Shown here: positions 26,966 through 37,025 of the stretch, in pieces
Layout of the letters: every line of letters begins with the position of its first letter
How positions within the stretch are numbered: the first letter of the stretch is position 1
Origin: Candidatus Anderseniibacteriota bacterium
GTDB taxonomy: Bacteria > Patescibacteriota > Andersenbacteria > UBA10190
DNA: 64,000 bases
Direction: 5' to 3'
Assembly: GCA_021414205.1 (NCBI GenBank)
Contig: JAIOOW010000003.1
Span: forward strand, 48-64,047
The notes under the pieces: generated by a model
Told to the model about the DNA's origin: nothing
What the model saw: the letters and a program-made list of their open reading frames with translations, nothing else
The model's database searches: none
Made by a program: the position numbers and the translations under genes

Positions 26966-29674
26966 TTAACCTACGCTCTGAATATCGCCCCAACTCGGTC
27001 CAATTCCAACGTCCACGACAAGAGGGGCGTCGAGCACAACTACGCCTTCCATAATACGCTTCATATCTTGAGCAAACAGCCCCGCATCTTCTTTTCTAAT
27101 TTCACACACAAGCTCGTCGTGAACAGTAAGGACAATGGCGCTTTGCACATACTGTTTTTTCATATGGTCATACAGCATAATCATTGCCTTCTTTATAATG
27201 TCCGCCTCAGCACCCTGGATTGGGAAATTAAATGCTGCACGCTCCGCACCTGCCCGAATGGCCGGGTTATTGGAATGAATTTCAGGAATATATCGCTTGC
27301 GCCCGAACATCGTCTCAACAAACCCATTTGCACGAGCACCCTCCACAATGTTCTCAATGCATTGCACAATACCTGTATATTGATGCTGATACCGATCAAT
27401 AAATGAGCGTGCCTCTTCAACACTCACTCCCGCAGAACGCGCAAAACTTTGTGCGCCCATCCCATACAGCACGCCGAAATTCAGGGTCTTAGCCTGTCTA
27501 CGCATATGATCAGTCACCTCTTTAACAGGGACGGAAAACACCCAGGCAGCAGTAGACTTATGAATATCCTCCCCCGCCTTAAATGCGGAAATCAATTTTT
27601 CATCTTGCGATACGTGCGCAGCAATTCGTAATTCAAGTTGCGAATAATCTGCCTTCACCAGCACAAATCCCTCGCGAGCAACAAATGCATTGCGAATTTC
27701 CTGCCCAACCTCAGTCCTAATTGGAATATTCTGCAGATTCGGGTTCGTAGACGAAAGCCTGCCAGTTGCCGCTATTGTCTGATTAAAAGAGGCATATATC
27801 CTATTCGTCTTGCTATCTACAAGAGGCGGTAGAGCATCTAAATACGTGCTTTTCAGCTTGGATAACTCTCGATATTCAGATAAGAACGCAATAATAGGGT
27901 GCTTTCCTGCCAATTTCTCCAATTCATCCGCACCAGTGGAGTATCCCGATTGTGTCTTCTTAATTCCAACAGTTGGAAGGTTCAAGTTCACAAATAATAT
28001 TTCTCGTAATTGCTTCGGGGACCCGATATTAAAATGCACACCAGCAAGTGACCATATTTGTTGTTCAATTATATCTATTCGCTCAGAAACTTTTTTACTC
28101 AGCATCGTAAAGATTTTTTTATCAATTGCCACCCCGGTCATTTCCATATGAACTAACACATCCAACAACGGGAGCTCAATTTCTTGCAGCACGTCCAGTA
28201 ATTTTTCTTCAATGATTTTCGGCAAGAAAAAATCATACAGTCGAAGCGATACATCAGCATCTTCAGCCGCATATCGAGCAAGCTCCATGAGCGGAACTTC
28301 TTTCATGCTTTTCTGATTTTTTCCGGAGCCGATTAAATCAGTGATCGGAATTGGCGTGTAGTTTAAAAATTCTTCAGCCAAGTCGTCCATGCCAAAATTT
28401 CGAGATCCCGGACGAAGCAAATAGCTCGCAATCATAGTATCAAAAACGACACCCTTCATATGAATACCCGACTGGGCCAATACCTCCATATCGTACTTTA
28501 AATTGTGGCCTGTTTTCTGAATTGCTGAATCTTCAAAAAAATCCTTCCAAAGTAAAACGGAGGTCGAATCAGTCGGCACATACCACGCCTGAATACCAGA
28601 CTCGGCGTGACAGGCGAAGCTCATCCCAATGATCGGACTCATCCTACCACCCAATCCATCCGTTTCTGTATCAAATGCGATAATCTTTTTGCTTTTTAAC
28701 ACTTTTTGCAAATCCAACTGCTCTTCTCTCAATTGAGCTATAAAATATCCGTCCGGCAGAACAATCTTTTCCTCATTTTTCATACCGAGCGTAGGCTGAA
28801 ATCCATCTTGACTTTTCGGAAGACGGCTAATTAAACTTCGAAATCCAAGCTTCTGAAACTCCGACCGAACTTTCTTTTCGTCATACGTAATAAATAGCGC
28901 ATCTTCCAATTCGACCTCTATAGGAACTTGCTGATGAATAATAGCCAATTTTCGAGAAAACAATGCGTCTTTTTCATGGCCCACAATATACTTTTTTGCC
29001 CGAGATGGGAGCTCTTCCTCGTGATCAAAAATAGACTCGAGCGGTCCAAAATTACCAACTAAATCCTTCGCAGTCTTAACACCAATCCCGACAACGCCTG
29101 GAATATTATCCGATGGGTCGCCAGCCAATCCCTTATAGTCAGGGATATATTTGGGCTCAAATCCGTACTTCTCTTTTACCAATTCTGGGGTGTATAAAAT
29201 CGTATCTGAGATACCTTTCTTGAGTGTAAATACTGATGTTTTTTCTGAAACTAATTGGAGCGTATCCATATCCCCAGTAACTACCACAACAGGAATTCTA
29301 TCTTCCAGCTTCCTCACAAGAGTCCCAATAATATCGTCTGCCTCAAACCCTTTTTTCTCCAATATGGGAATAGAAAATGCGCGGACCACATCGCGCACGA
29401 TATCGAACTGAACAATTAAATCGTCATCTAGCTCTTTTCTATGCGCCTTATAATCCGCATATTCTTCGTGTCGAAACGTGGGCCCCTTCATATCAAACGC
29501 AGCAATAACATGAGTAGGCTTCAACGTGCTGATCATTTTCATAAGCATTGTTGTAAACCCATACACCGCGTTTGTAGGAATACCATCCTCAGAAGTCATG
29601 GGCGGCAAGGCGTGATATGCCCTATGAATAAGGGCGTGCGCATCTATAATTGCCAGTTTTTGCCGTTTTGCCAT
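26966..29674 (-). CDS. polA: DNA polymerase I
   Basis: IDAHALIHRAYHA 5' nuclease, FDTET 3'-5' exo, DYSQLELR, KTLNFGVLYG, TVHDEL motifs. Confidence 0.98.
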   Translation of the reverse strand: MAKRQKLAIIDAHALIHRAYHALPPMTSEDGIPTNAVYGFTTMLMKMISTLKPTHVIAAFDMKGPTFRHEEYADYKAHRKELDDDLIVQFDIVRDVVRAFSIPILEKKGFEADDIIGTLVRKLEDRIPVVVVTGDMDTLQLVSEKTSVFTLKKGISDTILYTPELVKEKYGFEPKYIPDYKGLAGDPSDNIPGVVGIGVKTAKDLVGNFGPLESIFDHEEELPSRAKKYIVGHEKDALFSRKLAIIHQQVPIEVELEDALFITYDEKKVRSEFQKLGFRSLISRLPKSQDGFQPTLGMKNEEKIVLPDGYFIAQLREEQLDLQKVLKSKKIIAFDTETDGLGGRMSPIIGMSFACHAESGIQAWYVPTDSTSVLLWKDFFEDSAIQKTGHNLKYDMEVLAQSGIHMKGVVFDTMIASYLLRPGSRNFGMDDLAEEFLNYTPIPITDLIGSGKNQKSMKEVPLMELARYAAEDADVSLRLYDFFLPKIIEEKLLDVLQEIELPLLDVLVHMEMTGVAIDKKIFTMLSKKVSERIDIIEQQIWSLAGVHFNIGSPKQLREILFVNLNLPTVGIKKTQSGYSTGADELEKLAGKHPIIAFLSEYRELSKLKSTYLDALPPLVDSKTNRIYASFNQTIAATGRLSSTNPNLQNIPIRTEVGQEIRNAFVAREGFVLVKADYSQLELRIAAHVSQDEKLISAFKAGEDIHKSTAAWVFSVPVKEVTDHMRRQAKTLNFGVLYGMGAQSFARSAGVSVEEARSFIDRYQHQYTGIVQCIENIVEGARANGFVETMFGRKRYIPEIHSNNPAIRAGAERAAFNFPIQGAEADIIKKAMIMLYDHMKKQYVQSAIVLTVHDELVCEIRKEDAGLFAQDMKRIMEGVVVLDAPLVVDVGIGPSWGDIQSVG

Positions 29675-29678
29675 ATAT

Positions 29679-30134
29679 TTATTCTACTCTACTTACTACA
29701 ACAATTCGCCCGCTATTATCGATACTAGTAATGGAAATATTCCAATGCGGCTGCAAAATTTCGCTACCCAGCTTTTCCGGCCATTCAATAAGAACGACTG
29801 CTTTTTGATCTTCCGCAGTTCGCAGTATTTCATGAACATAATTAGTGTCCATTGATTCTCGGTATGCATCGATATGAATAAGCTTTTTAATTCCCCGAGA
29901 AATATCGGATATGTCGTACTCGGCCATGATTGTATACGTAGGAGAAGTTACAGGATCTAATATTCCCAAAGCCTGCGCAACGAACTGCACAAATGTCGTC
30001 TTGCCGGCGCCTAAATCGCCTTGTAAGCACACAATATCGCCTATGCGAAATTGCTCGGTAACGAGCGTAGCTAGCAACTCAAGCTCCTGCAGGCTGGATA
30101 TAGTATGGGTTCCAAGTAATTTTTTATCACTCAT
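29679..30134 (-). CDS. tsaE: tRNA t6A biosynthesis ATPase
   Basis: GDLGAGKTT, VTSPTY, HIDAYR, IEWP motifs. Confidence 0.95.
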   Translation of the reverse strand: MSDKKLLGTHTISSLQELELLATLVTEQFRIGDIVCLQGDLGAGKTTFVQFVAQALGILDPVTSPTYTIMAEYDISDISRGIKKLIHIDAYRESMDTNYVHEILRTAEDQKAVVLIEWPEKLGSEILQPHWNISITSIDNSGRIVVVSRVE

Positions 30135-30231
30135 ACGACTATCCTATCTGAATTTTTTGAAAATACATATATTTTCCACATATGCACAGTTCCTTTTATT
30201 TATAAGCCGAGATACGATAATACGATTTCCT

Positions 30232-31383
30232 ATGAGTATCCCTGAAACCCAACAAGCGCTATCCGTGATTACACGAGCGAACAATATTGCATTGTTTGTA
30301 CCGGAGAAGCCTTCTATTGACGCTTTTTCATCCATGATGGCTCTATCCCTTGCGCTGTCTGCTCAAACTAAAAAGACTATATATAGCATTAGCCCTGTGC
30401 ATGTTCCAAATGAGCTACAGTTCTTACCAGGGTCGTCCCAAGTAGAAATGAAACCACGCCTACAACCAACCCTTGTTATAGATATTGCAGGAATTTCAAC
30501 TATCGCCAATATTGAACAAGTCTCAACGAAGGACGGCATAAAAATCCACCTGGAACTCCCCGCGAATACAGACATGAGCGCCGACATGGTTGAAACGCAC
30601 GTACGCCAACTTCCGTATGACTGTGCAATCTTGTTCGGTGCCTCGGACCTGGCTGATCTAGGGCCAATGTTTACAGATTTTGCAGACTTCTTCTACAACA
30701 TCCCAGTTATCAATATTGACCACAAACCCACGAATGAGTATTTCGGCACTATTAATATGGTTGATATTACGGCTTCTTCTATTGCAGAAATTACTCACGA
30801 GCTCATAACAGCCCTTTCCCCCGAAGCTGTCACCCAAGACGTCGCCACGGCATTATATGCGGGCATTGTTGGAGCAACAGAGTCATTCCAAAAACCTTCA
30901 ACTACGCCAAAGGCGTTTCAACTATCAGCAGAATTAATGACCAAGCAGGCGCAAACAGACGTTGTTATTCAGCATCTGGTGAAAACAAAGCCATTGTCAT
31001 TATTAAAGATTGCGGGACGCACATATGCTCGACTTCGACATGATGAGCACGGACATCTGTTCTGGAGTATTTTACGCGAACTGGATTTTCAGGAAAGTCA
31101 TGCAACAGAAGCTGATATCCCGCTTATTATGCACGAATTAACCAATAATATTTCCGGGTATAACGCGGCCTTCATCCTGCATGAAAATGAGAATAAAGAG
31201 CACGTGATATACATAACGCTTGGCAAAGGACTGGCAAAAAAACGACAAGAAATTCAAGAGCAACTTTCCGCAAAGAAACAAAACGGTATGCTAGTGGTCA
31301 CGCTTCCGCCGTCATCACTAGAAGATGCCGAGCTTTTAGCTGTACAAAAAATCAGGCAAATACTTCCGCAATTTCACTCCTGA
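30232..31383 (+). CDS. DHH-family (NrnA-like) protein with degenerate catalytic motifs
   Basis: INIDHK, FG.IN, ASSIAE, ATALYAGI motifs; start refined to ATG 30232. Confidence 0.75.
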   Translation: MSIPETQQALSVITRANNIALFVPEKPSIDAFSSMMALSLALSAQTKKTIYSISPVHVPNELQFLPGSSQVEMKPRLQPTLVIDIAGISTIANIEQVSTKDGIKIHLELPANTDMSADMVETHVRQLPYDCAILFGASDLADLGPMFTDFADFFYNIPVINIDHKPTNEYFGTINMVDITASSIAEITHELITALSPEAVTQDVATALYAGIVGATESFQKPSTTPKAFQLSAELMTKQAQTDVVIQHLVKTKPLSLLKIAGRTYARLRHDEHGHLFWSILRELDFQESHATEADIPLIMHELTNNISGYNAAFILHENENKEHVIYITLGKGLAKKRQEIQEQLSAKKQNGMLVVTLPPSSLEDAELLAVQKIRQILPQFHS

Positions 31384-33056
31384 GATACGCGCTCCACTTC
31401 ATCGATAGTGGTTTTCTTATCAATTACTTTCAAATACGCATCCTGGGCAATAGTCGTCATCCCCGCTTGCAATGCAACTTTTTGAATATCGGCACTGCTC
31501 ACTCCCTCCAAAATTAACTTCTTCATTTCTTGATCTACGGCAAAAATTTCAAATGCGCCCAATCGACCGTGATACCCTGTATTGCCGCACACTTGGCATC
31601 CAACTGCCCGCATAAACCGCAACGCCGGATCATCAAGTACGACTGGATCAAAAATATCTTTTCGTATGTTCTTCATTGATTCCTTTACCTTATTTCTCAG
31701 CGCTACATCAGGATCATACTCCTGGGCGCACGAGGTGCACACCACGCGAACCAACCTCTGCGCAATAACAAGATTAAGAGCCGGAGCAAGCACATACGGC
31801 TTGATACCCATATCAATAAGGCGAGGAATAGCTCCTGCGGCATCATTTGTGTGGAGAGTAGAGAACACCAAGTGACCAGTAAGCGCTGCATGCACGGCTG
31901 TTTCTGCAGTTTCCACGTCACGCATTTCACCCACCATGATGACATCCGGATCTTGACGCAAAATACTGCGCAATCCCGCCGCGAACGTATACCCAGCGTC
32001 TGGATCCACCTGCGTTTGCTCAATACCCGGAATGCGATATTCAATAGGATCTTCTAATGTAATAATCTTCGACCCCGTAACGTTCACATCTCGCAAAAAC
32101 GAAGCCAGTGTTGTTGTTTTACCAGATCCGGTTGGTCCTGTGATCAATATCATGCCGTTTACCCTCTTAAGCTCTGCATTCACCACATCCAAGTCCCTGT
32201 TTTTCATACCAAGCTCTTTCATCGCAACTGCTTCAGCGTCTCTATTCAATAAACGAATTACAATGTTTTCCCCGTATCCGCCAGGCAACGTCGAAAGACG
32301 CATATCGTACGTTTCCTCTCCAATACGAAGCACGAAGCTTCCGTCTTGCGGCGCATCGTGGATATTCAGTTTTAATCTCGCCATTACTTTCACGCGAGAT
32401 AGCACAAGCGACCATCCGTCCCGCTCAAATTCAACGATATCCTGCAATACGCCGTCAATACGAAACCGGAGGCGCGCACTCTTTTCCTTTGGTTCTATGT
32501 GAATGTCCGACGCCCGCAACCTTACTGCGCTTATAGCAATTGCGGTGAGAATTTCAGTAGGAGGCATGGTAGTGATTCGCTTCCCCAGCTCTTCCAAGTT
32601 CTTTAATTCGGTCGCAAACGTATCTGCCTCTTTTTGGCCAATTTTTAATTCATCTTGCGGAACATCCTCGAGAGCGGCGTCTCTTCGGTATCGAGCAATA
32701 CCGGCAAGCAAGCTTCGCTTTGAAATAACATACATGTGCGGATCATATCCAAGATCTTCCTTTATTTTCGCAACCAAACTAATCGTTGCAGGAGCAGTGG
32801 GGTTAACTGCCCCAATGCGAATATCCCCTCCCTGTTTATAAAATAGCAACGCCTCAGCAGTCATCGCATCCTGTTTTGACACTCTCTCCAAAACATCGGA
32901 ATCAATAGGAAATACTACGAGATTAATATACGGAATCCCCAATTGCTCAGAACGGTGCTGCGCCAATCGCTCCTCTTGCCCCTGAGAAAACGTGACGAGT
33001 TTTGCGCCCAACTCTTTGTGGCGCTCAGATTCAGATACTGCCGGATCAAATACCAT
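31374..33056 (-). CDS. pilB: GspE/PilB family pilus assembly ATPase
   Basis: ASDIHIEP, RIDGVL, PQDG, GPTGSGKTT, TLEDPIE, LRQDPD..VGEMRD, TGHLVFSTLH, Cys motifs. Confidence 0.9.
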   Translation of the reverse strand: MVFDPAVSESERHKELGAKLVTFSQGQEERLAQHRSEQLGIPYINLVVFPIDSDVLERVSKQDAMTAEALLFYKQGGDIRIGAVNPTAPATISLVAKIKEDLGYDPHMYVISKRSLLAGIARYRRDAALEDVPQDELKIGQKEADTFATELKNLEELGKRITTMPPTEILTAIAISAVRLRASDIHIEPKEKSARLRFRIDGVLQDIVEFERDGWSLVLSRVKVMARLKLNIHDAPQDGSFVLRIGEETYDMRLSTLPGGYGENIVIRLLNRDAEAVAMKELGMKNRDLDVVNAELKRVNGMILITGPTGSGKTTTLASFLRDVNVTGSKIITLEDPIEYRIPGIEQTQVDPDAGYTFAAGLRSILRQDPDVIMVGEMRDVETAETAVHAALTGHLVFSTLHTNDAAGAIPRLIDMGIKPYVLAPALNLVIAQRLVRVVCTSCAQEYDPDVALRNKVKESMKNIRKDIFDPVVLDDPALRFMRAVGCQVCGNTGYHGRLGAFEIFAVDQEMKKLILEGVSSADIQKVALQAGMTTIAQDAYLKVIDKKTTIDEVERVSQE

Positions 33057-33080
33057 GCAGGTAAGTATATAACACTTTAT

Positions 33081-34130
33081 TTATGCAAGATACGAGGAAA
33101 ATATTTTTCTCATCTCGGCATCATCATGAACCAGCACAGGACGAGGGACGCTATCACTCGCTTCTTGTTTTGCTTCAAGGAGACGAACAACATTATCTTG
33201 GATCAATTCATATGCGTGCCTATCGTCAATAAAATCCACCCAACTCTGCCCCTCAACAAGAGATATTGGCGCTCTCCCGGAATTTGCAATAACGGTATCC
33301 ACAGGTCTGCCGATATAGGATTCATATACCCGCACGAAATCTTCCCCTGACCAACCCACTGTATGCAGCGGAGTCGTAAGAAGCGTCATCACAACGCAAA
33401 TCTCCGCCTTACTATCGCGAAGCGCGGAAGAGCCTCCTATCGCAAGCGATGCTAACGTAGGCAAAATGGATCCAAACGTATGGCCAGGAGCAATAATAAT
33501 ATGCGTCGCATTATCAAGCGCTTTCTTTGCCCGAGGATTCAGCTCAGCATTTTTTTCAGCAAACGTAACCTTGATATCCCCAGGTTTCCAAGTTGGATCT
33601 GCCTGTGCATCCACATTCCAGGATATAAAATGCTGCCCACTTCCTAATAACTTTTCCTGACCATCTTTTTGCAATACCACCTGTTGAGTTAACGCTTCGA
33701 GTGTTGTTGGAATAACTCCGGCAAATTTTGGAACCTGCAATACTCGAGCAAATGTTGCGATTGCCGCGTCAAGATCACTCGTAAGCTCAAGCGCAGTTAA
33801 TAGAACGTTTCGAAGCGTATGCCCAGAAAAGTCACCATTTGCGAATCTGTATTCAAGAGCTTTTAAAAACTTATCCCCACGAACATCACCGCGAAGAGAG
33901 CTGAGAGCGAGCAAACATTTCGTAACATCCCCCATAGCGCCAACATCGTATTGTTCACGGAGCCTCCCCGTCGAACCACCGTCATCCGCCATATGAATAA
34001 GCGCGTGGAGCGATGCTATCGATCCATGTTCTAACAATGGAAGAAGTGCTGTAAGCAGTCGAGAAGTGCCGTTTCCCCCGCCCAACACAACGACTCGCTT
34101 TCCCTTTTTATTACTCAGAGCAAATGCCAT
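33081..34130 (-). CDS. YvcK/GlmR (CofD-related) family protein
   Basis: VVLGGGNG, ADDGGSTGRLR, GD...CL, GH.L.N, APG..FGSILP motifs. Confidence 0.85.
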   Translation of the reverse strand: MAFALSNKKGKRVVVLGGGNGTSRLLTALLPLLEHGSIASLHALIHMADDGGSTGRLREQYDVGAMGDVTKCLLALSSLRGDVRGDKFLKALEYRFANGDFSGHTLRNVLLTALELTSDLDAAIATFARVLQVPKFAGVIPTTLEALTQQVVLQKDGQEKLLGSGQHFISWNVDAQADPTWKPGDIKVTFAEKNAELNPRAKKALDNATHIIIAPGHTFGSILPTLASLAIGGSSALRDSKAEICVVMTLLTTPLHTVGWSGEDFVRVYESYIGRPVDTVIANSGRAPISLVEGQSWVDFIDDRHAYELIQDNVVRLLEAKQEASDSVPRPVLVHDDAEMRKIFSSYLA

Positions 34131-34133
34131 AGA

Positions 34134-35843
34134 TCAATTAAACCAGATTTTCTCCTTTCGCGATATGCCAGATATAAGCTGCCAACCTGCGCAAAGTATT
34201 CCGAAAGCCATGAAAACCACTTGTTTCTGTTTATTTGGATTTGGAATATTACTATTACCATATACGGTCCGAACAACATTATGGGATACCAACCCCGGCC
34301 AATCAGGAGGAGGTGTCGGCTGACTCACCATAGTCACAGCACCGGCAACCCTTGGCTGTGACGCTGGGACCTTTTTACCCCTTACTTGCTTCGGTGTCGG
34401 CAATACTTCTTCATGAACACATATTATGTTCTCTTTCCCAGGTGTCACAATATCGGTCCATTGATACAAACCATCATCAGTCCTACTTAGCGACTGGCCG
34501 GCATATGTTTTTTCGTATGCAAGAATCGCAACGACTTTTCCTTGAGGGTCAATAAGCCTTGCACTGTCATCGCTATTATTTAATGCAATTTTTGTACTAT
34601 TTTTATCAAGAACAATAATCTTTGTTGGACCAATTTTATCACCGAACTTAAAGCGGTATGGCTTACTTCCACCATCCTCGTCATCAACAGTCCAACCAAC
34701 TAAAGACACTACTCGATTATCAAGGTTTTTTATCTCTATAAACTCATTATTTTTATCATCTTTTATAGTATTTGGGTAAAGCTCGTTAATAACGATTTTT
34801 GATGAGAAATCATATGTAGTAGAGGTGGTAGTCGGCTTCGGCGTTGCCAGTGGTTTTGGGGTTGAGGTGGTAGTCGGATTTGGAACCTCGATAATGTTTT
34901 CCTCGCCAGGAGTAGGACGCTCGCTTTGTTGAAAATCGCCATCGTCCACATGATTATACGAATACCCCTCCTTACTACTAACGTATGTAATATCCTCTCG
35001 CACAATATCATCCGAACTGATCAATCTCACATGTTCACTATCATTGTTCAAAGATAATTTTGTCTGACTGCTATAAAAAACTATGTACCCTTTTGTGGGA
35101 ATGCTTGTATCGTCAGGTATTATAAACGGCGGACTTCCCCCATCGGCAATATCATCTAATTTCCATCCCGATATATCTACAGCGTCAGCAGAATCATTAT
35201 ATAACTCGATAAACTCCAGCGTCGCGTCATCGCCTGCGGGATTTGGAATAAATTCGTTGATATGAGCATGCTCCGAATATTCCACAACTGGCGATGAACT
35301 TGGGCTCGTACTAGGAGATGGAATTGTCGTCGGGGTAGGGCTGGGCGTAGGCGTAGGGTCCAGTATGTTTAAAGCGTTTGGAGTTGGAGTAGAACTCTTA
35401 CTATACGTACCGTCATCAAGCCTATTATATGAATAGCCTGAGGTGCTTCCATTATATGAAGCCGTTTCATGTATCGTCGCGCCTGGATCTATAAGAGAGA
35501 TACTTCTCTCTCCCGTGTTTGCCAACATACTTCCTGTTTGCGAGCTATAAAATGCCATGTATCCATCAGCATCAATATGCACACCACTTGATATAATAAG
35601 CACCTTCCCAGACGCGTTTTTTAAAACCCAACCAGACAGATCAATAGAATTATTGGAATTGTTATGCAATTCGATAAACTCCAACGTATCATCATCTCCC
35701 ACTGGATCTGGAAGAAATTCATTTATATGAACTTCATTTGAATACGTGGGAATTTGAGCCCGTGCGCTCAAAAAAGCCCCCGCAAAGCATGCTACGGAAA
35801 AGAGGGTAATGAGTCTACCTCGCCATGTGAGCTCTCCCAGCAT
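34134..35843 (-). CDS. Surface protein with three lamin-tail domains
   Basis: Signal peptide; three repeats of INEFxPxP...EFIELxN...LSGW...TPG; C-terminal TM. Confidence 0.85.
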   Translation of the reverse strand: MLGELTWRGRLITLFSVACFAGAFLSARAQIPTYSNEVHINEFLPDPVGDDDTLEFIELHNNSNNSIDLSGWVLKNASGKVLIISSGVHIDADGYMAFYSSQTGSMLANTGERSISLIDPGATIHETASYNGSTSGYSYNRLDDGTYSKSSTPTPNALNILDPTPTPSPTPTTIPSPSTSPSSSPVVEYSEHAHINEFIPNPAGDDATLEFIELYNDSADAVDISGWKLDDIADGGSPPFIIPDDTSIPTKGYIVFYSSQTKLSLNNDSEHVRLISSDDIVREDITYVSSKEGYSYNHVDDGDFQQSERPTPGEENIIEVPNPTTTSTPKPLATPKPTTTSTTYDFSSKIVINELYPNTIKDDKNNEFIEIKNLDNRVVSLVGWTVDDEDGGSKPYRFKFGDKIGPTKIIVLDKNSTKIALNNSDDSARLIDPQGKVVAILAYEKTYAGQSLSRTDDGLYQWTDIVTPGKENIICVHEEVLPTPKQVRGKKVPASQPRVAGAVTMVSQPTPPPDWPGLVSHNVVRTVYGNSNIPNPNKQKQVVFMAFGILCAGWQLISGISRKEKIWFN

Positions 35844-36816
35844 CAGTCACTTCTCGCCCCCTTGGCGTACGCACAAGAAATCCGCATTGTACTAAAAATG
35901 GCTCTATAACGTCCTCAATAGTCCGCTCTTCTTCTGAACACACCATTGCCAGCGTCTGCAAACCAACGGGACCGCCATTAAATTTTTCAATAATTGTAGA
36001 TAACACCATTTGGTCAGACATATCCAATCCCATTTCATCGATATGCAAAAGTTCGAGTGTCTGAGCGACTACGTCACTTGTTACAACTCCGTGCCCGCCA
36101 ACCTGCGCAACATCCCGAACGCGTTTTAATAGCCTGTTCCCAATACGAGGAGTCCTTCTGCATCTGCGAGCAATCTCAAACAGAGCATCTTCCTCTATCT
36201 TTAACCCCAGCAATTGTGCGGAACGAGCCAAAATCACCTTCATTTCATCAACATCATAAAAATCCAAGCGATACGTCATACCAAATCGATCGCGAAGCGG
36301 AGCCCCTAGCATCCCAACCCGCGTAGTAGCTCCTACGAGCGTAAATTGAGGCAAGTCGATACGAAGCGTTTTTGCGCCCGGCCCTTGCCCAACAACCAAG
36401 TCAAGCGCGAAGCTTTCCATTGCCGGATACAAAACTTCCTCTATAGAGCGGTTCAATCGATGAATTTCATCAATAAACAACACATCACCCTCTTGAAGAT
36501 TCGTTAAAATAGCGGCGAGATCTGCCACTTTCGTAAGAACAGGGCCTGCTGTTATGCGAATACTTGCAGAAAGCTCTCGGGCGATAATCATCGCAATACT
36601 CGTCTTGCCTAGTCCCGGAGGGCCTGCTAATAATACATGCTCTAACGCCTCGCCTCGCTGCTTCGCCGCTTGCAAAAAGACCTGCAAGCTCTTCTTCAAA
36701 TGCTCCTGTCCGGTAAAGTCGCTTAACATCTTTGGGCGAAGCGTTGCATCCAAGTTTTCATCCTCAGGAATACTGACTGCCGTTACAACGCTGGTCTGTG
36801 CCTCTTCAATAGCCAT
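35815..36816 (-). CDS. ruvB: Holliday junction branch migration helicase RuvB
   Basis: LRPK, GPPGLGKT, FIDEIHRL, GATTR, PLRDRFG, TPRI motifs; start refined to ATG 36816. Confidence 0.97.
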   Translation of the reverse strand: MAIEEAQTSVVTAVSIPEDENLDATLRPKMLSDFTGQEHLKKSLQVFLQAAKQRGEALEHVLLAGPPGLGKTSIAMIIARELSASIRITAGPVLTKVADLAAILTNLQEGDVLFIDEIHRLNRSIEEVLYPAMESFALDLVVGQGPGAKTLRIDLPQFTLVGATTRVGMLGAPLRDRFGMTYRLDFYDVDEMKVILARSAQLLGLKIEEDALFEIARRCRRTPRIGNRLLKRVRDVAQVGGHGVVTSDVVAQTLELLHIDEMGLDMSDQMVLSTIIEKFNGGPVGLQTLAMVCSEEERTIEDVIEPFLVQCGFLVRTPRGREVTDAGRAHMAR

Positions 36817-36835
36817 ACATCCTAGTGTACCCATG

Positions 36836-36864
36836 TTGCATTTTTTCTGCCAATACCATATAGT
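36836..36864 (+). promoter_or_regulatory. Sigma-70 promoter for the intergenic structured RNA
   Basis: TTGCAT-17 nt-TATAGT; the predicted TSS (~36870) coincides with the 5' end of the stem. Confidence 0.65.
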
Positions 36865-36869
36865 AGCTA

Positions 36870-37007
36870 GTTATCTTCATAGGTAACTGTAGACATTGCT
36901 TTTGTGGGGTTTGAGCCCAGATCGGATTGCGTGGTTCCGCCTTGGCGTGACGACGCATCTCCTCGGCACCTATCCTTCTCATGTCTACAGCTACCTACGC
37001 GGAAAAC
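36870..37007 (+). ncRNA. Rod-shaped structured ncRNA, 6S RNA-like
   Basis: TAGGTAACTGTAGACAT (36880-36896) pairs with ATGTCTACAGCTACCTA (36981-36997); ends pair; central bubble; upper stem GAGCC...GGCAC and TGCGT/ACGCA. Strand not fully certain. Confidence 0.55.
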
Positions 37008-37025
37008 ATGGTATTCTAGCACCAT

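Noticed and set aside
29911-30231. Long N-terminal extensions in the ORF track (also starts 12714, 14927, 19615, 40059, 50581, 53075)
   Set aside because: They overlap well-supported genes; downstream ATGs fit family N-termini and often have -10 boxes.
35310-35360. Short Pro/Thr-coding quasi-repeats (also 1690-1810)
   Set aside because: Low-complexity protein linkers, not DNA repeat elements.
36870-37007. SRP RNA, tRNA, riboswitch or terminator interpretation of the hairpin
   Set aside because: No SRP domain IV motif, no cloverleaf or TTC loop, no recognisable aptamer; it lies between divergent genes and lacks a U-tract.
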